Shown here in pieces: positions 24,297 through 35,075 of a DNA stretch of 64,000 bases. The first letter of the stretch is position 1; each line of letters starts with the position of its first letter. The translations under genes and the position numbers were made by a program. Origin of the DNA: Octopus bimaculoides (Eukaryota); the NCBI RefSeq assembly GCF_001194135.2, contig NC_068984.1, positions 12,238,213-12,302,212 of the forward strand, in the 5' to 3' direction. A model generated the notes under the pieces. That model did not search any database. It was not told the origin of the DNA and saw only the letters and a program-made list of their open reading frames with translations.

Positions 24297-27200
24297 TACG
24301 ATGGGCTTCTTTCAGTTTCTGTCTACCAAATCCACTCACAAAGATTTGGTTGGCCCGAGGCTATAGTAGAAGACACCTGCCCAAGGTGTCACGCAGTGGG
24401 ACTGAACCCGGAACTGTATGGTTGAGAAGCAAGCTTCTTACCACGCAATCATGAAAATTTGTTTCATAACTTTTCCTGAAATCATCATCATCATCCTTTA
24501 ACGTCTGTTGTCCATGCTGGCATGGGTTGGACGGTTTGACCAGGGCTGGTAAGCTGGAAGGCCGCACCAGACTCCAGTCTTATTTGGCTATGGCTGGGTG
24601 CCCTTCCTAACGCCAACAACTGTCAACAAATATTATTACAGTAAATACATGTTGATATACACAAACAAATTGTTGTAGTATTATTTATTTCTTTAAGGCA
24701 GTGAGCTGGCAGAGACGTTAGCACGCCGGGTGAAATGCTCAGCGGTATTTTATCTGTCTTTACATTCTGATTTTCTTAACTGAAGCCCAGAAAAAAAAAA
24801 AAAATACAGGTGCAGGCATAGCTGTGTGGTAAGAAGTTTGCTTCTCAACCACATGGTTCTGGGTTCAGTCCCATTGGGAAAGTGTTTTCTACTACGGCCT
24901 CAGGCTGACCAAAGCCTTGGGAGTGGATTAGGTAGACGGAAAATGAAAGGAGCCTGTTGTATATATAATATATAATATATACCCTCAGCCTTGGGCTGAA
25001 ACCAGTAAAAGATATAAAAGATGTGTGTTTTTGTATCTGTGTTTGTCCCTCATCAACGCTTGACAACTGGTGTTGGTTTGTTTATGTCCGTGCAACAAAG
25101 TAGTTCAACAAAAGAATCTGATAGAGAAGTACTAGGCTTATAAAAAAAAAAAAGTACTGGGGTTGATTTGTTCAAATAAAAATTCTTCAAGGTCAGCTCC
25201 GGCATGGCTGCAATCTAATGACTGAATCAAGTAAATGATAAATGATAAAATAAAAAAAACTACACACACACACAATCAACACATTTCTAAACTTACCTTA
25301 TATCCAGCATTAGCCAGCATGTATGCAATATTAGCTTTTCCTGATTCCCAGACATTCTGCCAAGCATACACAAGAACATCTTCCTGGGGTATATTAGAAC
25401 GTTCGAATGGGCCATCAATAGACACCATACCATCTTGCCAAGCTCCCAAGCTTAAACCATGTTTATAAACAATGGCAGCTACTCTACGGACAAAATGTTC
25501 TAAAAGATCATCCAGAGTCACTATGTTTTCAGAGGAATTGAAGAGTTTTCGACAAGCTGGTGATTCTTCCCACATATCAATCGGGACTTCATCTCCACCA
25601 AAGTGGAACACCCTCAAAGGAGCTATGTCTTCATGCATCTCTTTCAAGGCTAACACCACCATTTCAACAAAATTAAAAGTTGATTCAAGGCCTGGATTCA
25701 GTAGGTTTTCATGAAATAACTGGCAGGATTGAGTTGTTATTGGACTCTGGACTTCACTTGATTCATGCAACATATATTTCGCAGCTTCTTCCATTTTACC
25801 AGCAGAACAGAGTTTTTCGTAATGGGATTTGACAGCCTGAATAGCAGCATTGCAATGACCTGGCATGTCCACTTCGGGGATAATCTCAACATGGCGCTCA
25901 GTAGCATAAAGTAGGATTTCTCTATAGTCTTTGACTGAATAGTAACCGGAACCAGATGTATCAGAATTTGGGCCAGAACCCAATAATGGTAAAATGTGAC
26001 AGTTTCCAGAGGTGTTATGACTATGACTGCGGTAGCCGCCAACCTGCAGAAAAGAAGTGGTTTATATTTTGAAAAATAACTAAAATAAAGGTTTTAAAAA
26101 TCAAAACATTCAAAAGTTGAAAAAAAATTTGGACAGAATAAAAAAAAAAATGATAAGTAAAGATACTGACTTCCATGAAGATAAAACAAAGTTTTATGTT
26201 GTGCCAGAAGAGGAGGGATAACTTTAGAGCCAGTAGTTCAGAAAGAGGGACAGAAAAAAATCCTTCTTTCATTGTTTTGATTGCTATATTAAACTGGAGT
26301 GAAGGTGCATGACCTAGTGGTTAGGGTGTTTCACTCATGATTGCTCATGTGGGTTCAATTCCTGGACTGAGCAGTGCATTGTGTTCTCGAGCAAAACACT
26401 TCATTTCACATTGCTTCAGTCCACTTGGTTGTCAACAGGTAACCCTGCCATGGAATAGTCTTTCGATCAGGGGGAATGTTGGCCTGCTCACCTAATTAGT
26501 GGGGTGGTATCATTTGAAGGCTAAAACAATGCAAAGTGCATTGTGACCAGTGATGTCTACCGACATCTGACAGCCTGGTCAATACTGGGAGCAAGTATAA
26601 CTGAATGGTTAAGAAGTGGTTCTGATGTCAATCTCATTGCACAGCACCTCGAGTGTCCTGTATTACTGCCTCGGACTGACCAAAGCCTTGTGGGTGAAAT
26701 TCAGTAAATGGAAACTGTGAGGAATCCCATCAGAGGACCTGTTCCTGTTCTTGGGTGGTAGGCCTAACTTGTCATCTGGTTTAACGCCATTACTTGGACT
26801 TTTGGTGCTTTTAGTGGAGTGTGCTGTGTGGCAAGTGTTTGGGACAAGTCACAAGTCTTCTTTTCTTCTTGAGTCTTGAAAACCATTCTTTCTTTGACTA
26901 TGCCATTAAAAAAAAAAAAATTATCATGCAAATAAATGCAATGTAAATGCATTCTCATGACTTGATAATCAAAGGCTTTAAGCCACCAGCCAATGTTTAG
27001 TACTTATTAAACACTTATACAGATTGTAAGTCTATCAAAAAAGTTAGTTTAATCAACTAAAGAAAGGTATTTAAATTTTAGCAGAAATTTATCAAAATGA
27101 TTAGAATGAAAAAAAAAATAGACCTTACAGATGTCATCTCCTCAAGACCAGGGATTTCAATCCGCCATCCTTCATCATCAGTTAAATGCAAATGTAATTT

Positions 27201-28578
27201 GTTCATCTTGTACATAATCATGCTGTCGATGAGTTTGAACATTTCTTGTTTTCCATGGAAGTTTCGTACGACATCGACATGAAGACCACGATATTCGTAT
27301 CTTGGAGCATCTACGATTTTCACTTCTGGAATACGTTCATCCTTATAAAGACTCAATAAAGACTGGATCCCCCAGAATAGACCTTGAGAAGTGCTGGCAG
27401 TTATTTCAATCACACCTTCTAGGCAATCAACAGTAAGTGTATAAGCCTCCTTAGAAATAAATGAATGATTTTGAGGTGGAAGTTGCACAGATGGAACTAA
27501 TTTAAGATAAATGTACTTAGTTTCAGGGAGCTGAGAAACAATTTTTAGCTGTAGCTTTCCTATAAAAAAAAAATAAAATATAGGGTAACATAAACTTCAA
27601 TTTCCAAAGTAATTTTTAAAATTGTAATAAAATGAAAGGACTTGGTGTACCTGAATGAATTCGAGAGTAGGACTTACTGGATACATAACATTTGACAATA
27701 AGAGGGCTTAGATTTGTCCCCTTGATGTTCATCTAGTCAATGTAGTAACATCTGAAGAGAACATTCAAGAAGTTAACAAAAGGAGAACAGTGAAAGTATG
27801 TTTAACATAAGTGCATGCACACATACACATACATACATAATGGTTGTTAGGTTAAAAGCAACTTACCTGAGAGATACTCAGCATCTTTGGACAGAGTTAG
27901 ATCTTTAGTATATATCACCCAGTTTCCTTCTCTCAAATAGATACATTTGGTTTTACTGCAAACCATTTGGAGTGGCGTAGGTATAACTGGTTTAATTTCT
28001 TCATTAGAGTTGTAGGCAGACAAATTCCTTTCAAAGCGAACCTTTGGCGTAAAAGGATCATAAATGTCAAAACGTTGTTTGCCGTCAGCTAATTCATAAT
28101 CATAACGTTTCCATTGAGAGGGTTTGTTAAACTGACCCACAAAATTAAGATCTTCATCAGCTGTGCACTTGATGATACGAGGAATCAAATCAGGATACGT
28201 CATATACCAATTAGGCAGAACATCAGTTTTAGCAACGGAATAATACTGAGCAAGGAATATTATTTTAACAGAATCATTATTAGTCAGTGTTTTGAAAGAC
28301 TCTAGGGGTTCCAATTTGAAAAGGCTTCCATTAACATGTGAAAACTTCACACCATATTCTGTTAGTTCGGCAAAAGAATTTTTTGATAAGTATTTCGGCT
28401 CAATCAAGCGGATGTGGCATAAATAGATTGCCCATGGACCTGGCTCAAGAGGAACTGAGCAATGATTGGTCAAAGTTATTGCTGCTTTAAATATTTTGCG
28501 GCCTTGGTGGATATTGTCAAGAACTTCATAATGTATATCCAAAGTGTCTGTTAGTAGATCAAATGATTTCTGATCCAT
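15688..28578 (-). CDS. GH20 beta-N-acetylhexosaminidase, bacterial chitobiase-type architecture (CHB_HEX / GH20b / GH20 / CHB_HEX_C), 862 aa; join(28578..27867,27559..27129,26043..25297,23699..23462,22239..21987,19421..19275,15748..15688)
   Basis: Seven exons with GT-AG borders and matching phases total 2589 nt (862 aa + stop). Motifs: PRYEYRGLHVDVVRNFH, HLHLTDDEGWRIEIPGL, EIIPEVDMPGH, catalytic FHFGGDEVP, PYEPDPEERGLYWAARF, GIQGQLWSE, MVFPRLIAMAERAWH, YPGLPIQYSIDNG. Confidence 0.93.
17230..17465 (+). mobile_element. SINE family B, full length
   Basis: ggcggcgagctggcagaaac..gagttcaaattccgcc..gtcgactttgcctttcatcc..aataaagaaataag; relatives at 11815-12000 (-), 22343, 24697, 32895, 48159, 60896. 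Confidence 0.8.
19275..19421 (-). CDS. Hexosaminidase coding exon 6 (FLEDGRLEVNCTYPGLPIQYSIDNGETW...LLQT; C-terminal CHB_HEX_C-like domain)
   Basis: Not in the ORF track. Acceptor tttatttgttcag|; donor AG|gtaatc; 147 nt, phase 2/2. Translation parallels the chitobiase C-terminal pattern (GKLEANxxxPGLxIEYSxDGG). Confidence 0.88.
20000..20600 (+). mobile_element. RTE-LINE 3'UTR copy
   Basis: Colinear with 14760-15245; includes a 10-N gap with duplicated flanks. Confidence 0.8.
20860..21240 (+). mobile_element. SINE family A
   Basis: Head, (GT)n middle and ..gactgaaacaagtaaaaga tail. Confidence 0.8.
21987..22239 (-). CDS. Hexosaminidase coding exon 5 (GIQGQLWSE...HLVPPGAR)
   Basis: Acceptor ctctttgtag|; donor AG|gtaagt; 253 nt, phase 1 to 2. 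Confidence 0.93.
22679..23054 (-). mobile_element. tRNA-derived SINE family C with 11-bp TSD
   Basis: caaccaggggt at 22668-22678 and 23055-23065; tRNA-like head gtggaggcgcaatggctcagtggttaggg..ggtttcgattccc; (CAA)n tail. Confidence 0.88.
23462..23699 (-). CDS. Hexosaminidase coding exon 4 (VVMSQATHLYFDHPYEPDPEERG...ENII)
   Basis: Acceptor tttacttctag|; donor G|gtaagt; 238 nt, phase 0 to 1. Confidence 0.93.
23725..24450. mobile_element. Cluster: SINE A 3' half (-), RTE 3'UTR (+), gap, SINE A 5' half (-)
   Basis: An RTE tail appears inserted into the middle microsatellite of a SINE A copy. Confidence 0.7.
24808..25225 (+). mobile_element. SINE family A
   Basis: Full head-to-tail similarity with the 59767 copy. 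Confidence 0.8.
25297..26043 (-). CDS. Hexosaminidase coding exon 3 (VGGYRSH...FHFGGDE...LANAGYK), catalytic Asp-Glu
   Basis: Acceptor ttttctgcag|; donor |gtaagt; 747 nt, phase 0/0; contains HFGGDE. Confidence 0.95.
27129..27559 (-). CDS. Hexosaminidase coding exon 2 (GKLQLKIV...DDEGWRIEIPGLEEMTS)
   Basis: Poly-T tract + tttatag| acceptor; donor |gtaagg; 431 nt, phase 1 to phase 0; GH20b domain and start of the GH20 barrel. Confidence 0.92.
27867..28578 (-). CDS. Chitobiase-type hexosaminidase coding exon 1 (MDQKSFDLL...DAEYLS; N-terminal CHB_HEX-like domain)
   Basis: Acceptor ttctag| before 28599; ATG at 28578 in strong aacATGg context; donor G|gtaagt after 27867 (phase 1). Lies within ORF 27847..28596. 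Confidence 0.88.
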
Positions 28579-28876
28579 GTTCAATAACAATACCAATCAC
28601 TAGAATTATAATAGAAAAAAAAACAGATTATGTACAGGTATGTGTTATGGGTTGATTTAAAGGAGCAATTTGAGATTTAAAAATATAAAACAAAATCTTA
28701 TTTAGATGTTTTGGAATAAAACATTAATCCTTTCACTTGAGTACATAATACCACTGCTTCAATCTTGTTCATGTGTCATTAAAGAGACAAGCGATAAACC
28801 CTACCATTAATCAGATACCAATCTAAGATAAGCTTTCCTATTACTTTTGGTAATTAGTCTTGAAATAAATTAATGC

Positions 28877-28947
28877 AACTGCAATTCTGCACAGAAATGC
28901 AACATAATAACTGCAATTCTGCACAGAAATGCAACATAATAACTGCA
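28877..28947. repeat. Perfect 32-bp tandem repeat, 2.2 copies
   Basis: aactgcaattctgcacagaaatgcaacataat at 28877 and 28909, partial at 28941. Confidence 0.95.
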
Positions 28948-29273
28948 GTGGATATATAAAGCAGTGGACTTTTTCTTTGCTTTTTTTTATAGAATGTGTG
29001 TAAGAACTCCTTAAGTGGCCCCTGGGTCGAGTGTTCATACAGTTTACAGCAAAGACATTCATGAACAACTAGCATCCAGACTATAGGAGGGGCATCAGTT
29101 TGTCTCTCCATTTCATAATGATTATGGAGTTGATATTGAAGTAAGAAAAACAGATGTAAAATGAATGAACACAGACACACACACATCCTGGGTCATGTTA
29201 CCTACTGCCATTATTCTATCCTTTTGGTCATACAGGTACCTTTCTCAGAATACTGGGTACATCTATCACTTAC

Positions 29274-29320
29274 CCTCATATCACACGTGCCTTACATCAT
29301 AAAACTTCATAGCTTCCAAT
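29274..29320 (-). other. Candidate 47-nt 5'UTR exon of the hexosaminidase
   Basis: ctcaccaatcacttttacag| acceptor and gagg|gtaagt donor, about 675 nt upstream of the ATG-bearing exon. Confidence 0.5.
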
Positions 29321-29955
29321 CTGTAAAAGTGATTGGTGAGCGAGCAGAATTATGGATCACGAAATCCCTTTAGTTGTGTTGAGGATATAGCTACTTCTCT
29401 AGTGCTGGTGCCATGAGAAAACACCCAGTACACTTTGTAAAGTGTAAAGATGTGATAACTCTTTAGTTTTATTGAGGACATGACAACTTTAGTGCTCAAG
29501 TGCCATGAAAACAAAAATAAGTGCAGTCAGTAAAGTGGTTGGCATTAGGAAGGGCATCTAAGCCACAGAATCAAGTAAAAAAAATATAAAATAAGTAAGA
29601 AAGATCCTTTGACCCCTCTAGGTTAGCAGTGCTTCTAAATATGTGCTGTGACCTGTTAAACTCTTACCAAAATAGAAAGCAAATGTAAAATGATAATGAT
29701 ATATATATGAGGTCTGTAGGAAAAAAAAACCCCAAACCTTTTGAGAGGCAAAGTTATTGCTTTATTTACAATTTAATTAGGCTTGTCTCTTTCAGATTAG
29801 TTCTATTCTCTGTTGATAAACCACTCCTAACATTTTTTCAGTTTTGGAATGTGTCCTGGAATGCATTTTCAGAGGTAGAGTGAATGAAGTTCATGCAGCA
29901 AGTTTTCTTTGATCTTTTCTATTGTTTAAAAATCACCATTTGATGTCTTGTATCT

Positions 29956-30290
29956 GGATGACACATGGCTCAATGGTTAGAGTGTCAAGCTCACAATCAT
30001 GAGGTAGTGAGTTCAATTCCCAGATCAAGCTGTGTGTTGAGCAAGACACTTTACTTCATGTTGCTCCAGTTCATTCAGCTGTAGAAATGAATTGAGGTGT
30101 CACTGGTGCCAAGCTGTATCAGCCTTTGCCTTCCCGAGGATAACATCAGTCGCATGGAGAGAGGAGGCTGGTCTGCATGGGCAACTGCTGGTCTTCCATA
30201 AACAACCTTGCCCAGACTTGTGCCTCAGAGGGGAACTTTCTAGGTGCAATCCCATGGTCATTCATGACTGAAAGAGGTTTTTTACCCTTT
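29956..30290 (+). mobile_element. SINE family C variant, copy 1
   Basis: Colinear with 30722-31059; CORE-like ttgagcaagacacttta. Confidence 0.82.
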
Positions 30291-30721
30291 TATCTGGATG
30301 ACATAACACATGGTGGAGGAGTCAAGTTTACTAATGAACAACATCTGTTCCAGCCATATTGCTTCTTTTGACTGGTAAGTGGAAAATGTAAATTTTGATA
30401 AAAATCAGCTTGATGACAAAGTCTTCAATCCGATCTGATTGAGATGTGACTGACCTCAGAGATTTTTTTATAGTGGTCAAATGTTCGTGCAGTACTTTAG
30501 CTCACTCCCTCCATCGAATTGATGTTGCCTGAACAGTTGCGCAATGTATCACATGTCAGTGGTCAAAGTGATCAGAGAGCAATGCAAGATGAAGTGTTTT
30601 GCTCAAAGAATACAATGCACCACCCAGTCTAGGAATTGAAACCACAGTCTCATGGTTGTTAGTGCAACACCCTAGCCACTAAGCCATGCATCCTCACACA
30701 CACACACACACATATATATGT

Positions 30722-31059
30722 GTGAAGGCACATGGCTCTGTGGTTATAGCGCCGAGCTTACGATCGTGAAGTTGTGAGCCCGAATCCCAGACCGGGCTGC
30801 GTGTTGTGTTCTTGAGCAAGACACTTTATTTCACGTTGCTCCAGTTCACTCAGCTGTAGAAATGAGTTGCGACATCACTGGTGCCAAGCTGTATCGGCCC
30901 CTTTGCCTTTCCCTTGGATAACACTGGTGGCGTGGAGAGGGGAGGCCAGTATGCACAGGCGACTGCTGGTCTTCCATAAACAACCTTGCCTGAACTTGTG
31001 CCTCAGAGGGGAACTTTCTAGGTGCAATCCCATGGTCAGTCATGACCAAAGCGGGTCTC
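30722..31059 (+). mobile_element. SINE family C variant, copy 2
   Basis: tRNA-like head followed by a body shared with 29956. Confidence 0.82.
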
Positions 31060-31220
31060 AGATATATATANNNNNNNNNNNNNNNNNNNNNNNNNNNNNN
31101 NNNNNNNNNNNNNNNNNNNNNNNNNNNNNNNNNNNNNNNNNNNNNNNNNNNNNNNNNNNNNNNNNNNNNNNNCCAGACTTCAGTTGTCTGTTTTAGCATG
31201 GTTTTTACGACTGAATGCCA

Positions 31221-31263
<43 letters not shown>

Positions 31264-31554
31264 GTGTGTGTGTGTATGAGTATATACATTATTCCAAAAC
31301 AAATCAAAGAAGATCCCATCACCTTCAAATGATATCTGGACAAATTGCTTCAAGGAATAAATAGTACACAAGCCACCTATCTCTGGATACACATCAGTCA
31401 ACAACTTCTTACATGAATGGACCAGTTTTCGGCTGATACATATTTAAGTTCATATAAATTTTAGAGTTATGTAAGAGTTGTAAAATATATTTTATGTAGT
31501 GCAAACATTATCTCAATCTGCTGGGTAGAGTTCATATATTATATCAAAAGTCGA

Positions 31555-31940
31555 CAGGAGTGGCTGTGTGGTAAGAAGCTTGCTTCCCAACTTCATGGTT
31601 CTGAGTTCAATCCCACTGCGTGGCACCTTGCGCAAGTGTCTTTTACTATAGCCTCAGGCCAACTAAAGCCTTGTGAGTGGATTTGGTAGACGGAAACTGA
31701 AAGAAGCCTGTCGTATATATAGATATATATGTATATGTTTGTGTGTGTGTGGTTGTCCCACCATCGCTTGACAACCGATGCTGGTGTGTTTACGCCCCCG
31801 TAACTTAGCAGTTCGGCAAAAGAGACCGGTAGAATAAGTACTAGGCTTGCAAAGAATAAATCCTGGGGGTAGATTTGTTCAACTAAAGGCGATGCTCCAG
31901 CATGGCCGCAGTCAAAATGACTGAAACAAGTAAAAGAAAG
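31555..31940 (+). mobile_element. SINE family A, full length
   Basis: Highly similar to the 59767 copy. Confidence 0.88.
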
Positions 31941-33609
31941 AATAGTCAGTATTCTTTCGTTACAAACAGCACAGTTAACGAAAGAATACCGACCAGAGAT
32001 TAATAGTCTACGCATGGAGGTACAAGTAAATATTTTTGTTGCCAAAATATTTTTATATATTTTCCCCAAATGATAAGATCTTTTGTTCACTATTTACTGT
32101 ATTAATCCTTATTACCTCCCTCGGTTGTTCACTTACGGATTGTGCCTGATAGTACAACATACAAAGAACACACATTACATACACTAGCATGTGCACGTGT
32201 CTTTGTGCCCTCACCACCACTGACAACCGGTATTGGTTTATGATTCCATAACTTAGCTGTTTGGCAAAATGCCCGATAGAAGAACTAGATTACAATAAGT
32301 ACTGGAGTCGATCTGTTCGACAAAATCCCTTCAAGGCGGTACTCCAGCATGGTAAAAGATTAGCACTACGTGTGTGTGTGTGTGTGTGTGTGAGTGAGTG
32401 CAAGATTACTCTTGCATCAGATGAGATAGTATCGCTCATCTTTAATGAAGCAAGAATCAGCCTGCATCATACTGCGTTAACTGTTCGTTTATTTATCGTC
32501 CCTCACACTAAGAAGAAAAAAAACAAAAAAACCCCCAAAACTATCGAATAATTTCACACCGTCCGATATTGTTTCGAAGCATACAAAATATTATTGATTA
32601 ATTCGTGAAGCGAAGAATAAAATGGAGATATTGACATCTTAGTCAGCACTGTGTTTTAGCACTGTTTGTAAGTTTTGGGGGAAAGTAACATGACATGTCT
32701 GTTAGGAACTATCGAAGATTAAGCATCGAATAGATATATTAGATTGTTAAAAAAACAAAAGAAAAACGTATCTTCACTCAAAATAAACCAGGTCTTTGAT
32801 GTATATAGACATTAATATATAATGCAAGTAGTTTATGATTAATGCAGTACTATCTCAAATACTAAATATATTTTATATGAAATAAGAAACTTGGGCGGCA
32901 GGATTAGTAGAATCGCTAGTGTCGGATAAAATACCTGCTGTGTTTTGTTACGGCCTTTCTAATTCTTAGCAAACTAGGTCGACTTTGCCGTTTATCCTTC
33001 AATAGTTGATAAAATCAAGTACCAGTTATATAAAGGGGTAATAAAATCAACTTCATACATTGTTCGTTTGATACAAAAATTAGTTTGCATTTAATGTAAA
33101 GAAGCTATATTAAACTTGAAAAGACGAAATAATAAAGTATAGTTTTAATATTTAATAATGATGAAGACTGGTAGAGAACGTTGTTAATACTCAGGCTTAA
33201 GAAAAGGAAATAAAATTAGATACGAGTTGCCGTTTAATTAAACAATTTAAATGACTTGTCTTTTGAATTAAACCTAACTTAGAATCATCGGTCATCTTTT
33301 AAACTTTGTTAATGCCAAGGGAGCAACAATGAAGTAAAAGAAGCTGAACTATTTATAATTTTAAGTTTAATTACAACATAACACAAGTTACTTTATGGAG
33401 TAAAATATATTTGACAGATGAGAGCATTGACATTAAACATGATCTTTAAAAAGTACGACCGAAATTGTTTGGAATACACAGTGACATGCGGGTGTATTAT
33501 GAAATACAAATAAGAATAAAATTAGTTTAACGAACCCTACTTTCAACATTATATATATATATATATAAATAAATATACATACATACATATATATATATAN
33601 NNNNNNNNN

Positions 33610-33644
<35 letters not shown>

Positions 33645-34754
33645 CAAATACAACATACATTTATATATAAGTGAAGATAGACATAAAAATGCATCGATAT
33701 ATTTATGAAGTTTTCAGTTTCTAATTAAGAATACGATGCATACAGATGTGTATTGATACATAGACAGTTAAATATAAGGAGTCTAATTAATTGTTAAGAA
33801 CGAGCAATAAAACAAAGATCAGTTGGGACTTACAAGAGACAAACGTTGACGGCATTTGGTTTAATTCAGACAAATAGGGAGGAAGGGGAGAGAGAGGGAG
33901 AGAGTGAGTGAGTGATAGAGAAAGAAAGAAAAAGAGCGAGGAACTGAGATGTATATCAAGTGGTGACAGGAGGTTTACAAATTAGTGTTGATATTAGAGT
34001 TATCTCCCTTCTAATTTGGGTGTAGCATCGGACACCACCGCCACCAGGCGTAGGTTCTCTTTATGTTGTCCGCGATAGCGGTTAGTTTCTTCTCGTAAGC
34101 TACCTACAGCAAAACAGAAAGAACTAACACGGATGCTGGAATCGTTAGAGCGTCGGAAGAAATGTTTTTGCCGTGGTTGTTCCAGTTCGTTGCGTTCTGA
34201 ATTCACATCCTACTAAGGTCAACTTTACTTTTATCTTCCTTGATAGATTCGATAAAATAAACTTCTGGTCAAATTCGAAGCTTTCTACCTATATCAGGAA
34301 TCTCTCTATAAAACTATGCTAAAACAATAACGCGCCGTACTAAATGAATTATAATGTTTTTATTCTGGCAGGATTCGAGTTAAAATTTTGCTGTGATAAA
34401 CTTTGGTTTCAACTTTTTGTAATCGATATAAAAGAGTCAATTCAAGGAATTAAATTCACTTCAAAAGTGTGAGATTTATCTAAGAAATCAATATAAAATA
34501 GGATGAGAAATATTTTGCAATACCTTTTAAAATTTACCCCTCTCTCGCTCTCTCTAGAGCATAGCCAAAGCAGGATGTTCAATTCTATCTTTCTCTCTTC
34601 TCGACGCAGCACTCACCCGTGAGCAAGCTGTTGTTTCTCTCTCTTCCTTCAGCACTTAATCAGAGAGCAATCGGTCGATCTACTTTCGTTTACTTAGTAC
34701 CAGTACAATACTCATTTCAATACAATATCGATTTGTTGTATCACTCGTCCGCCA

Positions 34755-35075
34755 ATTCGCGTATGTTCATTTCCTTGTTTTTACCTCAGCAACAAAACGA
34801 ACAGCTTCGTCATGCAGCAAGTCAACAAATATGCTGACAAACAAGAACCGCTCCTTGCACAGGTAAAAAGAGGAAAGCTTACCTGGTACGGTCACGTATT
34901 CCGCCACAACCTCCTGTCCAAAACAATCCTTTAGAGCATAGTTAAGGGAGGGTTAAAGAGAGGCAGACAAAGAAAATATTGGTTGATCACATCAAGGACT
35001 GGACAGGTCACCATAGCATGACTCTTCTACATATGACAGAAAACAAAAACCATTGGCGACGGTATCGAGAGTGGC
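34755..35075 (+). mobile_element. RTE (BovB-like) LINE ORF2 C-terminal fragment
   Basis: QEPLLAQVKRGKLTWYGHVFRHNLLSKTIL*SIVKGGLKRGRQRKYW..DHIKDWTG. Confidence 0.8.

Noticed and set aside
15688-28578. Bacterial contamination as the source of the chitobiase-like gene
   Set aside because: Six canonical, phase-consistent introns, several filled with host SINEs and LINEs, AT-rich host-like composition, and contiguity with ACAD9.
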